Position numbers and translations under genes: made by a program
Assembly (NCBI GenBank): GCA_945898015.1
Contig: CAMDGM010000006.1
Span: 11,032-75,031, forward strand
Length of the DNA stretch: 64,000 bases
Source: PVC group bacterium
Lineage (GTDB): Bacteria; Verrucomicrobiota; Kiritimatiellia; CAIKKV01
Direction of reading: 5' to 3'
Shown: piece by piece, positions 36,180 to 46,043 of the stretch
Layout: every line of letters begins with the position of its first letter
Position numbering within the stretch: the first letter of the stretch is position 1
The notes under the pieces: model-generated
The model's input: the letters and a program-made list of their open reading frames with translations, nothing else
The model's database searches: none
Told to the model about the DNA's origin: nothing

Positions 36180-37469
36180 CTATGATGAAAATGCCCGTTC
36201 CCCGCGCACCAGGTCGGGCCAGGCTTCCCGCTCCCGCACCAGCGCCTGCCGGGTTCCCTCGACCATCACCTCGGCCACCCGCGGACGGCTGTTGTAAGTG
36301 GACGACATGCTGAACCCGTAGGCGCCCGCGCTCATCACCGCCAGCAGATCACCCGCCTGGGCGGCCGGCAGCTCCCGGTCCGCCGCCAGGAAATCGCCCG
36401 ACTCGCAGATGGGGCCCACCAGGTCGCCAAACACCCGGGCGTCCGTTTCCCGGACCGCCTGGATCTCATGGTGCGCCTGATAAAGGGCCGGGCGGATGAG
36501 GTCGTTCATCCCCGCGTCGATGACCACGAATTTCTTGAAATAGCTGTCCTTGACCGCCACCACACGGCAGACCAGGATACCGCCGTTGCCCACGAGGCCG
36601 CGGCCGGGCTCCATGACCACCTCCAGGCCGAGCTTCTGCAGCCAGGGGGTCAGCGCCGAAGCATAGGTCTTCGGGTCCAGGGCGTCCTGATCGGGCTTGT
36701 ACTGGATGCCGATCCCCCCGCCGATATCCATATACCGGAATCCGGGATAAAGCGCCTTCAGCTCCGCGGCCAATTCGGCCACCACCTTCATGGCCTCGGC
36801 AAACGGTTCGGCCGACAGGATCTGCGACCCGATATGCATATGCAGGCCCACGATCTCCAGGTTCGGCATCTTGGCGGCGGCGGCATAGGCATGCCGGACG
36901 CGCTCCAGGTCGAGGCCGAACTTGTTTTCCTTCTTGCCCGTGGAGATGTAGGTGTGCGTCCGGGGATCCACCCCGGGATTGACACGGAACGCCACGCGGC
37001 CTTTCACGCCCAGCCGCTGGGCCACCTGGGAAATCATGGCCGCTTCGGGCTCGGACTCCACCGTGAAGAACAGGATCCCCTCGCGCAGGGCGTACTCGAT
37101 TTCGGGCATGCTCTTGCCCACCCCGGCATACACGACCCGGGCGGGATCCCCGCCGGCCTGCCGGACGCGGTACAGCTCGCCGCCGGACACAATGTCGAAC
37201 CCCGACCCCTGCTCGGCAAACGTCCGGAGCACGGCCCCGTTGGAGTTGGCTTTGACGGAATAGCACAGCAGCGGCTTCACCGCCTTCATCGCCTCCGCCA
37301 GCGCGCGGTACCGGGAAATGAAATGCCCGCGGCTGTAAATATACAACGGCGTGCCGTAGCGCTCCGCCAGTTCCCGAACCGAAACCCCTTCCGCAAAAAG
37401 CTCGCCGCCCTGATATCCAAATGCTTTCACAATGCCCCATCCTGCTTCTGCCCGATGAAACCTATCCAC
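36180..37469 (-). CDS. lysA: diaminopimelate decarboxylase
   Basis: GTPLYIYS...CYSVKANSN (PLP lysine)...HMHIGSQ...GGGIGI...CESGD pattern. The start could instead be the internal GTG near 37427. Confidence 0.9.
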   Translation of the reverse strand: MDRFHRAEAGWGIVKAFGYQGGELFAEGVSVRELAERYGTPLYIYSRGHFISRYRALAEAMKAVKPLLCYSVKANSNGAVLRTFAEQGSGFDIVSGGELYRVRQAGGDPARVVYAGVGKSMPEIEYALREGILFFTVESEPEAAMISQVAQRLGVKGRVAFRVNPGVDPRTHTYISTGKKENKFGLDLERVRHAYAAAAKMPNLEIVGLHMHIGSQILSAEPFAEAMKVVAELAAELKALYPGFRYMDIGGGIGIQYKPDQDALDPKTYASALTPWLQKLGLEVVMEPGRGLVGNGGILVCRVVAVKDSYFKKFVVIDAGMNDLIRPALYQAHHEIQAVRETDARVFGDLVGPICESGDFLAADRELPAAQAGDLLAVMSAGAYGFSMSSTYNSRPRVAEVMVEGTRQALVREREAWPDLVRGERAFSS

Positions 37470-37543
37470 CGTAGCTAGCCTTAAACCATATCAAAGGGGG
37501 CGCGCCGCTGTCAAAAGCAGATTCCCGGCCATCCCAACCACCC

Positions 37544-39790
37544 TCACCACTGGAACACAAAATCGGCTGTGACCGCCGCCGTGGGCGCCAGGGTGTCATA
37601 CCGGAAGTGATTGTATTTCGCAAAGGAGCTGGAATAGGAATAGACCACCTTGGTCGGCTCCAGGCAGCCGGACAGTTCCGCGCCCGCCGCCGTCGGAGTC
37701 AGCCGCATCAGAGGGCCGTCCCCCACACGCCCTTCAAGCCCCTCCATCGTGCCCCCCGCATCCGCGCGAATCTGGAAGAGCCAGGACAGCTTGCGCGGCT
37801 TGTCCAGCACCACATAATCCCGGCACGTCACCGACCGGTTGGTGGACACCCGGAACTCGCGGGTATAGTGCGCGACGCCCGCTTCCGGCGGATAGGCCCG
37901 CTTCAAGTCGAGCCGGATCAGCCCCTCGCCCGTCGCCGGATTCCAGCGGACCTCCTCCACCCGGTCGCCCCGGTGCGGCTGCGAGGGAATGGACATGGGA
38001 TACCCCACGTCGCCGATCTGACCCTGCCCGTCCACCAGCATGCAGGAGCGGACGGCGGACCGCAGCTTGTACCCGATGTCCGGGCTGACCAGCACCGGGC
38101 GACCGCCCAGATACAGGGCAAAATGCCCGGCCCCGGGGAGGCATTCCATCATGTCGCACGGGCCCGTCGCGCGCCGCTGGGTGTTGTACCCCAGCCACGG
38201 CCCGCATTTCACGGACAGCGCCACGCCAGTATCGTCATTGCGATATTGGACAAATCCGGAATCCTCGAACAGGCGGAGATCCCGCCTCGGGCGGACCGGA
38301 ACCGGCAGCGAATCCGACGCCGGATCGTGCGCCAGGAATCCCCACAACAGCCCCAGCGCCGCCGTGCAGGCGCCCGTCTTCAACACCTCCGCCGGACGGT
38401 CCCGCATCACCCGGGCGACCCGGGCGGCCTCGCCATCCCGCCACGTGGCCGCCATGGATTCCAGAAAGAGCTCACCGCCAAACAGCGGGGCCTTGTCGCC
38501 GCACTCCACCATGAGCAGGGTCAGGTCCTTTTCGTCCAGCACGGTGGTTATGAAGGAGGGCACCGCCTTCAGAGACGGATGCCCCAGCAGATCCACGCCG
38601 GTGCGGGCGAGCAGCGAGTCGCGGTACCACATGACGCCGTCGGTATACATGTGCAACCCGTTGTAGGAGCTGCCCGGAATGACGCCGTCCAGCGCGGCCG
38701 CGTCCAGGCCGCGCTCGATGCGGGGGACAATGTAGCTGACCCAGCGATCCGCCTCGGGCGCGATGCCCCACAAGCACATGGCGGCGGTGCCGAAATCATG
38801 CACCGCCTTGCGCCCGTGATCCTGGATGAGGGAGCCGCCCCAGTAATCGCGCATCAGCAGGATCTGCACCCAGAAGGCTTCGCCCTGATAGACCAGCTTC
38901 CGATACAGCCGCTCCTTGCGTTCAGGGCCCAGCTCGTTGCCCAGCATATGGTAGGCCAGCGCCATATTCCGCAGCATGGCCCCGGCGCCAATGTCGCCAT
39001 TATGGCCGTACACATCCTCCGCCGGCCGCCCCCACGCCGGCAGCTCGATGGCGCTATCCACCAACTTCAACGCCTGCGCCAGCGCCTCTTTCTGCCCGTC
39101 CAGGTGATACGCGGCCACCAGCACCGGAATCGCATCCTGCCCGCCGGAAGCCTGTTTCGCCCAATCAAATACCGCCCGCATGGCCTTCTGATAAGGCTGG
39201 TGCGTGGTCTCCAGTTTCCGGCGCTGCCCGGACCAGAAGGCCGGATCCGAAAATTGCGCGGCCGGAAGCGCGGAAGGCGAATGAGTGGGGCGCAGGCCCG
39301 GCCGCAGCGTGTCCTCGGGATCCGCCTCCAGCCGCGCCGACAGCCAGGCAACCTTCATGGGGCGGAACGGCTCGAAAGACAGCTCATGCAACCCGGCCGC
39401 CCGGATATCCATGGAAAACCGGCCGCGGAAGCGCTTGGCCGCCACATCCTCCAGCGACACGCGCTGGACATACCATAGCCCCAGTTTTTTCCCGTCGAGC
39501 TTGATCCAGTAGCTCGGCACCACCGGCCGGGCGGTCATCAGCTCGAAATCCCACGGCCCTGTTCGCTCGTTTTCGTTGTGGTGCACATTCAGCACCTGGT
39601 AAAGCGATTCCCAGTCGAACTGGGCGGCATCCAGAAAAAGCGAAAACTGGAGCAGACCCGGCTCGCTCTCGAACCGGATGATTTTGCCGCCCTCGGGAAG
39701 CTCCTGCACGGGAAGCACCGTGGTGCCGCCCGATGTCCACACTGTCAATCCTGTCATCGCCGCCATCATTTCAGCCCCCTTCTTCATCAT
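37544..39790 (-). CDS. heparinase II/III-like (alpha/alpha-toroid plus beta-sandwich) putative polysaccharide lyase with an extra N-terminal beta-domain
   Basis: 748 aa. The middle region (WGRPAEDVYGHNGDIGAGAMLRNMALAYH) and the C-terminal block (AGHFALYLGGRPVLVSPDIGY) fit the family layout. No signal peptide seen. ATGA overlap with the upstream gene. Confidence 0.6.
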   Translation of the reverse strand: MMKKGAEMMAAMTGLTVWTSGGTTVLPVQELPEGGKIIRFESEPGLLQFSLFLDAAQFDWESLYQVLNVHHNENERTGPWDFELMTARPVVPSYWIKLDGKKLGLWYVQRVSLEDVAAKRFRGRFSMDIRAAGLHELSFEPFRPMKVAWLSARLEADPEDTLRPGLRPTHSPSALPAAQFSDPAFWSGQRRKLETTHQPYQKAMRAVFDWAKQASGGQDAIPVLVAAYHLDGQKEALAQALKLVDSAIELPAWGRPAEDVYGHNGDIGAGAMLRNMALAYHMLGNELGPERKERLYRKLVYQGEAFWVQILLMRDYWGGSLIQDHGRKAVHDFGTAAMCLWGIAPEADRWVSYIVPRIERGLDAAALDGVIPGSSYNGLHMYTDGVMWYRDSLLARTGVDLLGHPSLKAVPSFITTVLDEKDLTLLMVECGDKAPLFGGELFLESMAATWRDGEAARVARVMRDRPAEVLKTGACTAALGLLWGFLAHDPASDSLPVPVRPRRDLRLFEDSGFVQYRNDDTGVALSVKCGPWLGYNTQRRATGPCDMMECLPGAGHFALYLGGRPVLVSPDIGYKLRSAVRSCMLVDGQGQIGDVGYPMSIPSQPHRGDRVEEVRWNPATGEGLIRLDLKRAYPPEAGVAHYTREFRVSTNRSVTCRDYVVLDKPRKLSWLFQIRADAGGTMEGLEGRVGDGPLMRLTPTAAGAELSGCLEPTKVVYSYSSSFAKYNHFRYDTLAPTAAVTADFVFQW

Positions 39791-40803
39791 TCGCCTGTTC
39801 CTGTCTTTTCCGCGGACCGCTTCGCCAACACGTGATACGTTTCGGGCCGCCGATACTGCCGCCGCACGGACTCACGGTCCGGTGCGCTCTCCTGATCGTT
39901 CGGCCATTTCCGTTTTTCTTGGATTGTCGTCTCGCCCACCGCCATCCCCGTGCCGGAACCCGGCACGGCGGCCCGCACATCGCCATTCGGCGCAATCACG
40001 CAGGACCCGCCGGGCCCGCCCGATTCAAGGGGCGCGAAGGAGCTGTACAGCAGGGCGCTGAAATGATCGCTGGCCCGGACACGAAGCCGGTTGCGTCCCA
40101 TGTCGCGCGTCTCGTCGGGCAGCGTATAGCCCGCGGAAGGATGCAGGACCAGCTGGGCGCCTTGAACGGCCAGCGCGGCCGTCGCTTCCGGAAACTGGAT
40201 GTCATAACAGATGGCGAACCCGATCCGTCCGATCGTCGTCTCCGCCACATCATACGTCCGCCCGGGCGTAAAATGAACCGCCTCATCCGACGGCAGGTGA
40301 ATCTTGTCGTACTGAAGCACCAGCGTCCCGTCCACGTCCGCCAGCAGCCCGGTATTGTAAAGGCGCCCGCCCCGCGACATCAGCGTGGCCGCCCCGATCA
40401 GCAGGCGATGCTCGCGGCTCCACCGGGCCAGGGATTCAGCGAAAAGCCGGCCGGACCACGCATACAGATGCACCGCATCCTTCACCGCATGCGGGTTCGG
40501 GGCGATCTCCGGCGCCGGCGACGCCAGCACCCCCGGCACAAAGCAGAACTCGGGAAACAGGAGCAGCTCCACGTTCCGGGCCGCCGCCTTTTTAACCCAC
40601 GCTTCCAGATACAGCAGATAAGACTCGCCGTATTGCCGGACGTAGGTTTCGTCATAAGTGGAGGCACCCAGATTGTACTTGAGGAAATGATCCCGCCGGC
40701 CGGCGGGATCATTCGGCAACTGCCTCATCCGCCGCGCCTTCGCGCTCAAAGGCTGGGCCGCCGCCAGCCGCACTGTTTTCATCGTTTTCATAATCCGCCC
40801 CAT
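39787..40803 (-). CDS. carbon-nitrogen hydrolase (nitrilase-superfamily amidase)
   Basis: Catalytic triad context: LLLFPEFCF (Glu), YDKIHLP (Lys), GFAICYDIQFPE (Cys). Start ambiguous (40803 or 40791). The ORF-track start at 40998 overlaps the upstream gene. Confidence 0.75.
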   Translation of the reverse strand: MGRIMKTMKTVRLAAAQPLSAKARRMRQLPNDPAGRRDHFLKYNLGASTYDETYVRQYGESYLLYLEAWVKKAAARNVELLLFPEFCFVPGVLASPAPEIAPNPHAVKDAVHLYAWSGRLFAESLARWSREHRLLIGAATLMSRGGRLYNTGLLADVDGTLVLQYDKIHLPSDEAVHFTPGRTYDVAETTIGRIGFAICYDIQFPEATAALAVQGAQLVLHPSAGYTLPDETRDMGRNRLRVRASDHFSALLYSSFAPLESGGPGGSCVIAPNGDVRAAVPGSGTGMAVGETTIQEKRKWPNDQESAPDRESVRRQYRRPETYHVLAKRSAEKTGTGE

Positions 40804-40808
40804 CCGCT

Positions 40809-42761
40809 TCAGTCTTTCACGTCCACCCGCGCCTGCTTCAGGTCGAACGTCACCGTGGTCGACCGCCGGCCGCGCTGGACACTCACCGTGAACGCCTCCG
40901 CCGTCATGGGCGCCCCCTGCCGTTCGAACGCGGCCGGACGGAACCCCTTCTTCCCGAATTGAAGCGCGGTAACAAACACCAGCCGCGGTTTGCGGCACAG
41001 GTTTTCGACATACAGGTACCGGAGGCGCCGTTCCGCCAGACCGGGCGGCGGCTGGTATGTCGTCTTCCGGTCATCCAGCCCCATGATCAGATGATCGTTC
41101 TTCGCCGGGGACAACAGCGTCCCCTGCAACAGCGCCGGCCCGTTCGTGAAGGCGAAGCGGTCGCCGCCCCACTCCACCCCGCCGGCGGGATGAAACTGGA
41201 CGCGCGCACGAACCGGCCGGACGGCCCGGACCTCATCCACCAGCAGGACCACGTCGGGCTGCAGATACACCACATACCGGCGCACCCTCGTCGCCAAAGG
41301 CTTGTACACCGACGTCATGTCCACCACCGCCGCCTCATGCCGGCGGCCGGACTCGACCCTGAGGAAACGGGCGCGGGCGCCGACGAACGGCTGGGGATAC
41401 TGCCCCTCCAGCGTCACCAGGTTATGCCCGAGCGCGGCCACATAATCAAAGTCCCACCGCATCCAGCGCTTATTCTCGATGTCGTAGTAGCCCGGCTTGG
41501 CGCCCTTGACCTTCGGATCCTTGCGGCCCTCGTACGGATACGACCATTTATCCTCCTCGGCCAGCAATTCACGGCCTTCCGCATGGATCACCAGGTTCCC
41601 GAAATCCATCTGGCAGTGGTGGTTGAAGTGCGGAATATCGCCCGCCTGGAATCCGATATACGAATCCCGCGGCCCGAACCCGCCGCGCCAGACCGCCACT
41701 CCCACGCCTGGAAAAAACCGGCTTGCCGGCTTGCCGCTCGGCGGCGCCTCCGCCTTCAGGGCGGGATCCAGCAGATACAATTGATTAAGGGATTTAACCC
41801 CCTGGCGGAGCGCCGCCCACTGGTAAGCCGGGCTCTGATAGGCCCGGGCCAGCCCCAGCAGTGTGATGGAGGGACCCACCTTCTTGGTCGCATCCGACCA
41901 GTTCCAGATTTCATCTTTCCCCGTCTGCATGAACATCCGGAAATCGCCGGTTTTTCTCAGAAACGGATGCTTGAACAGGTCCACCGCTCCGCCGGTGAAG
42001 ATGTTCAGCGTCCGCGCGAACAGGACCGCATAGCCCAGCCCGTAATCCCAGTACCCCGGCCCCTCGTTCCACCCCCCCGCCGGGTCGCCCGTGCCCAGGC
42101 AAACCAGCATGGCCTCGATCGCATATTCGAGAAATTCCCGATAATCGGGACACTCTTCGGCGAACGCCATGGCCCCGACCGCGAAGGTGCCCGGCAGGAT
42201 GATGCGCCAGTTCGCCTTGTTTTTCATCCAGGGATACGTCTTGGCCCGCTCGGCCGCCAGGCCCGGCTTCAGGCAGCGGTTCACCATCAGGTCCGCCATC
42301 CGGCGCCGGACGCCCGCGTCCAGAGCCTCGCCGAAACAGCTCTTCATCATGGCCAGGCAGAGCGCCACCTCGGCGGTCCGCAGGTCCATGTCCAGCACGC
42401 CGATGCAGGAGGAGAAGGTCCAGTAGGGGCGCGGGCACGTCTCAAACGCCGTCAACGCCTCAAGCGCCGGCGGAATCGCCCGCCGATCGCCCGTGAACAG
42501 GTAATACAGGGCCGCGCGCTGGGCCTTGTGGAACACCTTGGCGCACCGGGAGTCCCAGTCCTCCTTCGGGTCCAGGGGCTTCATCATCAGGTCGTACTCG
42601 GCCTTCAACACCGCCGGGTACCGGTCCGCCTTGATCCGGATTTCTTCGGGCGACAGGACGTCCCTGAAAATATTCGGCGGCGGACCGCTCCGCTCCCACC
42701 GGTCAAACGCCTTGAAAAAGGCCAGCTCCGCCGGCTTGAACGCTTTTCGATGAATGGCCAT
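40809..42761 (-). CDS. heparinase II/III-like protein, cytoplasmic type (paralog of 61582-63618)
   Basis: 650 aa. PWMKNKANWRIILPG, GGWNEGPGYWDYG and HFNHHCQMDFGNLVIHAEGRELL blocks. No signal peptide. AAGGAA RBS. Confidence 0.6.
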   Translation of the reverse strand: MAIHRKAFKPAELAFFKAFDRWERSGPPPNIFRDVLSPEEIRIKADRYPAVLKAEYDLMMKPLDPKEDWDSRCAKVFHKAQRAALYYLFTGDRRAIPPALEALTAFETCPRPYWTFSSCIGVLDMDLRTAEVALCLAMMKSCFGEALDAGVRRRMADLMVNRCLKPGLAAERAKTYPWMKNKANWRIILPGTFAVGAMAFAEECPDYREFLEYAIEAMLVCLGTGDPAGGWNEGPGYWDYGLGYAVLFARTLNIFTGGAVDLFKHPFLRKTGDFRMFMQTGKDEIWNWSDATKKVGPSITLLGLARAYQSPAYQWAALRQGVKSLNQLYLLDPALKAEAPPSGKPASRFFPGVGVAVWRGGFGPRDSYIGFQAGDIPHFNHHCQMDFGNLVIHAEGRELLAEEDKWSYPYEGRKDPKVKGAKPGYYDIENKRWMRWDFDYVAALGHNLVTLEGQYPQPFVGARARFLRVESGRRHEAAVVDMTSVYKPLATRVRRYVVYLQPDVVLLVDEVRAVRPVRARVQFHPAGGVEWGGDRFAFTNGPALLQGTLLSPAKNDHLIMGLDDRKTTYQPPPGLAERRLRYLYVENLCRKPRLVFVTALQFGKKGFRPAAFERQGAPMTAEAFTVSVQRGRRSTTVTFDLKQARVDVKD

Positions 42762-42784
42762 CGCTGTTCCTTGTTCCCGATCCC

Positions 42785-44290
42785 TTACACCGTTTCGGAC
42801 AGGACATAGGGCCGCATCGCGCGCGCGAGGAGGTCCGCGTCGGACTGGTGGGGATTCCAGAGCGTTTCGGCGAAGAGCGACACGCTGGGCTGCACGCGCC
42901 CGTCGAACAAGCCATCCTCCACGAGTCCGGTGGCCCAGACGTTGGGGTTGACGGCGCAGACTTCCCGGTAGAACCGGGCCGCCAGCGGGTAATGCCGGAA
43001 CCAGCCGGCATTAATCCCGTTCCACTCCCCCTGCCGGGCGGCCAGCCGTTCCCGGAGATAGGCGGGATCGCGCTCGCCGAGCAGGAACGGGCCATGCTTG
43101 GCGAACTCGTCCCCCCATCGCAGGCACATCCACCCCTTCGGCACCAGCGCGAACGGCGAGCCGGGCCGGAATGCGGCAAGCTGTTTCGAATAGGCCAGCG
43201 TGGACTCGAACCCGTCATCCTGGCTGGGATTCGGCGAATAGCTGAACGGCAGGGCGCCGGCGTCCTCCCACGTGATGACCAGCTTCGGATCGAGCCCCGC
43301 CAGGTCCGTGTAATGCGCGCGGATCGACGTCGCGTGCAGCCCGAACTGGATCGACAGCTTCGGATCGAGCGCGTAGAACTCTTTCGCGATCTCGTTCACC
43401 ATGTCACAGCACCAGGCGGCGACCGAGCGGCCGTTGATCTCCTGGGTCTTATGTTCCGTTTCGGACTGGAAATAGAGGCCGTCGATCGGCAGCCCGGCAT
43501 ACTCTTCCCGGTACGCGTCCAGCGCCAGCTCCTTGATGAAGGCCCGGCCCTCGGCGGTCGAAATGTCGCGCTTGTAGCCCCAGCCCCAGTTGAACCCGGC
43601 AATGATCTTGATGCCACGCTGGTGGGCGTAGTCGCAAATCTCCCGCAGATTCACCGGCGCTTCGCTGTTCCAGATCGTCAGCATATTGAACTTCAACCGC
43701 GCCATGTTGTCGAGGAAGCGCCGGTAATCGTAGATGACATACCCCCACGTCCAGATACCGCGCTCCTTCACCGCCGGGGCCTCGACGACCGACCGGTCCG
43801 CCAGTTTCGCCAGCGCTGCGCGCCGCTCCACCGGCTTGTCGAGCGGCACCACCTGGTCCGACAGCGCCGCCAGCAATTCCTGCGCGCCGTAATAAACGCC
43901 CACCGCGTCCGCGCCGGCCACCACCATCAGCCGATGCTCCGCGTTCCACGGCGCCGGGCCGACCCACCAGGTGAACCCCTGCGCCCCAGCCGGCGCCGGA
44001 ATGACCTTGTCCGCCACGAGCTGCGCAATGACCGGATTGCTCCGGACGGTGCCGAGCAGCACCACGTGCTCGCACACCGGCTGATAGCGCCGGCTCTGCC
44101 GGTCCGTCCCGGGCTTCAGCCGGAGCGCCAGCGTCTTCGGATCCACGTCCGAAGCCGGACGAACGGGCAGGACATAATTCACGTACAAATTCAGGCCTCG
44201 ATACAATTCTGTGAGCGCCTGCTGTTCCACGCCCTCATACGAACCGTAAACCAGGGTCCACCGCTTTTCACCGGGAGTCAAATCCGCCAT
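42785..44290 (-). CDS. putative glycoside-hydrolase-like TIM-barrel protein (GH20b-like N-domain), family unassigned
   Basis: 501 aa. VVAGADAVGVYYGAQELLAAL followed by VKERGIWTWGYVIYDYRRFLDNMARLKFNMLTIW resembles the N-domain/barrel junction of GH20/GH67-type enzymes. No signal peptide. Confidence 0.4.
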   Translation of the reverse strand: MADLTPGEKRWTLVYGSYEGVEQQALTELYRGLNLYVNYVLPVRPASDVDPKTLALRLKPGTDRQSRRYQPVCEHVVLLGTVRSNPVIAQLVADKVIPAPAGAQGFTWWVGPAPWNAEHRLMVVAGADAVGVYYGAQELLAALSDQVVPLDKPVERRAALAKLADRSVVEAPAVKERGIWTWGYVIYDYRRFLDNMARLKFNMLTIWNSEAPVNLREICDYAHQRGIKIIAGFNWGWGYKRDISTAEGRAFIKELALDAYREEYAGLPIDGLYFQSETEHKTQEINGRSVAAWCCDMVNEIAKEFYALDPKLSIQFGLHATSIRAHYTDLAGLDPKLVITWEDAGALPFSYSPNPSQDDGFESTLAYSKQLAAFRPGSPFALVPKGWMCLRWGDEFAKHGPFLLGERDPAYLRERLAARQGEWNGINAGWFRHYPLAARFYREVCAVNPNVWATGLVEDGLFDGRVQPSVSLFAETLWNPHQSDADLLARAMRPYVLSETV

Positions 44291-44306
44291 CTGCTTTTCC
44301 TTTTTC

Positions 44307-46043
44307 TTATTTCACCGCTGACGTCATTACCGCCGCGCTCATCCGGGCCAGGATTCCACTCCTGGCGCCCGATAACGCCGACCAGTTTGCCGGCGGCGCC
44401 TTGCCGGCGGATTTTTCCATGGCCCCGGCCAGGAACTCGATCAGAACCGGATCCTCCACCGTCATGGCATAGCGCACAAACGCTTCGCCCTGGACGGCTG
44501 GAATCGGCCCGGCTTGATCGACCACAACCGCCCACGCCGCCTGGAATTTCCCGTGGCAGTCAACGATCATCTCCTTTATCATCTTCCCCTGGGGATCCCT
44601 TGGCCACCGCTGAGAGGCGTTCAGCATGATCCGCCGGTAAAGATTCAGGTCCCGGGCCAGCGCGCAGAGCCCGGCAACCCCGTCCGGATCCCCCAGCCGG
44701 TATAGCGCGATCGCCGCATAGGCGGCCGGCCGGGCCGCATCCGAAAATTCCACCGGCTCCCAGCGGTCCGGGCCGGCCCGCAGCCGGGCCGGAGCCAGAA
44801 CCTCCTTGAGCCGGCGGCGAAGAACCGGAATGGCCTCCACCTGACCCAGCCGCCCGAGCCCCTCCATGGCCGCCAGCTCCGTCTTTTTTTCTTTCACCGC
44901 TTTCACCAGCAGGTCGTAGGCCAGCGGAGACCGGCTGGCGCCCATCAGGATCAGCGCCGCTTTCCGGGTCTCCAGGTTCGGATTCCAGGTGTCGGCCGCG
45001 GTTTTCAGCTTGTCCGCCCACTCCGGCTTGGCGTACGGAAGAATCGCCGGCAGCACCACATCCAGCGTGCACGTCGCCTCGCCATTCTCCGTCGTCGCCA
45101 GATCCAGCAGGGTCTTCGCCGTCGCCTCGTCCGGATGGGCCAGCGCCTGTTTCACAAAATCCTTGGGCAACTCCGCCAGCCCCAATTCCGCCAGCCCCAG
45201 ATCGGCCGACGTTGCCGCCCCTTTTGCCGCCGACGAGGGGGCCGCCGGTCCCTGAGGAGGCGCGACTCCCGCCGGACGGGCGCCACCGGCCCAGGCCAGC
45301 GCCTGGCCCAGCACCACCGGCCACTCCTTCCACTCCCAGAACGGCAGCACCCCGGCGTCCGGCTCCCCATTGACCGTCAACGCGCACGCCACCACCCGGC
45401 CCTTGCCAAACACCCCGCTGATCAGCGCCGGCTGATCGCCCACCTTAACCTGAACTTTCGCGCCCGCCGCGGGAACCAGCGTGTGAAAATAATACGCCGT
45501 GGGTCCGGCCTTGAAATCGACGGCCATCGGCCAGTCCGCCTGCTCGGCCCGCGCCAGCTTCGCCCCCTTCAACGCCGAGGGGAAATGCCCGATATAACTG
45601 CCGCTGATCGAGACCGGCAGGACCTCCTCCAGGGGCGACCCCGCATACCCGCCGTTCTCGAACGCCCCCAGCCCGCCCAGCACCACCAGTCCGCCGCCCG
45701 CGCGCACGAATTCGCGGATGCGGGCCAACGCGCCGGCCGGAAATCGCGAAACCGCCGAATTGACGATCACCACCACCGTGGCGTTCGACAGGCCCATACC
45801 CTCCGGCCCGGTGCGGATTCCAGCCTTGTCCAGCGCCTCATCGACCCGGAACCACTCGGCCCAAATCCCCTCCACCACCACCGCTTTTGGAAGCACCGTC
45901 GACTTCCATTGCCATTCCGTTGAAGCGGACGCGGCAGGGGCGGTTTCCGAAAACGCGGTCATGGCCAACGCCAGCACGGCGAACAGGCTCGCCACGAATC
46001 GACGGCCCAGCCGACCCAGAAAATGAAGACGGGGATTTTTCAT
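44307..46043 (-). CDS. secreted protein: class-I glutamine-amidotransferase-like (DUF1355/ThuA-like) domain plus HEAT repeats
   Basis: Signal-like N-terminus. ATVVVIVNSAVSRFPAGALARIREFVRAGGGLVVLGG block. C-terminal HEAT/PBS-lyase-like repeats (AAMEGLGRLGQVEAIPVLRRRL). ATGA overlap with the upstream gene. Confidence 0.45.
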   Translation of the reverse strand: MKNPRLHFLGRLGRRFVASLFAVLALAMTAFSETAPAASASTEWQWKSTVLPKAVVVEGIWAEWFRVDEALDKAGIRTGPEGMGLSNATVVVIVNSAVSRFPAGALARIREFVRAGGGLVVLGGLGAFENGGYAGSPLEEVLPVSISGSYIGHFPSALKGAKLARAEQADWPMAVDFKAGPTAYYFHTLVPAAGAKVQVKVGDQPALISGVFGKGRVVACALTVNGEPDAGVLPFWEWKEWPVVLGQALAWAGGARPAGVAPPQGPAAPSSAAKGAATSADLGLAELGLAELPKDFVKQALAHPDEATAKTLLDLATTENGEATCTLDVVLPAILPYAKPEWADKLKTAADTWNPNLETRKAALILMGASRSPLAYDLLVKAVKEKKTELAAMEGLGRLGQVEAIPVLRRRLKEVLAPARLRAGPDRWEPVEFSDAARPAAYAAIALYRLGDPDGVAGLCALARDLNLYRRIMLNASQRWPRDPQGKMIKEMIVDCHGKFQAAWAVVVDQAGPIPAVQGEAFVRYAMTVEDPVLIEFLAGAMEKSAGKAPPANWSALSGARSGILARMSAAVMTSAVK

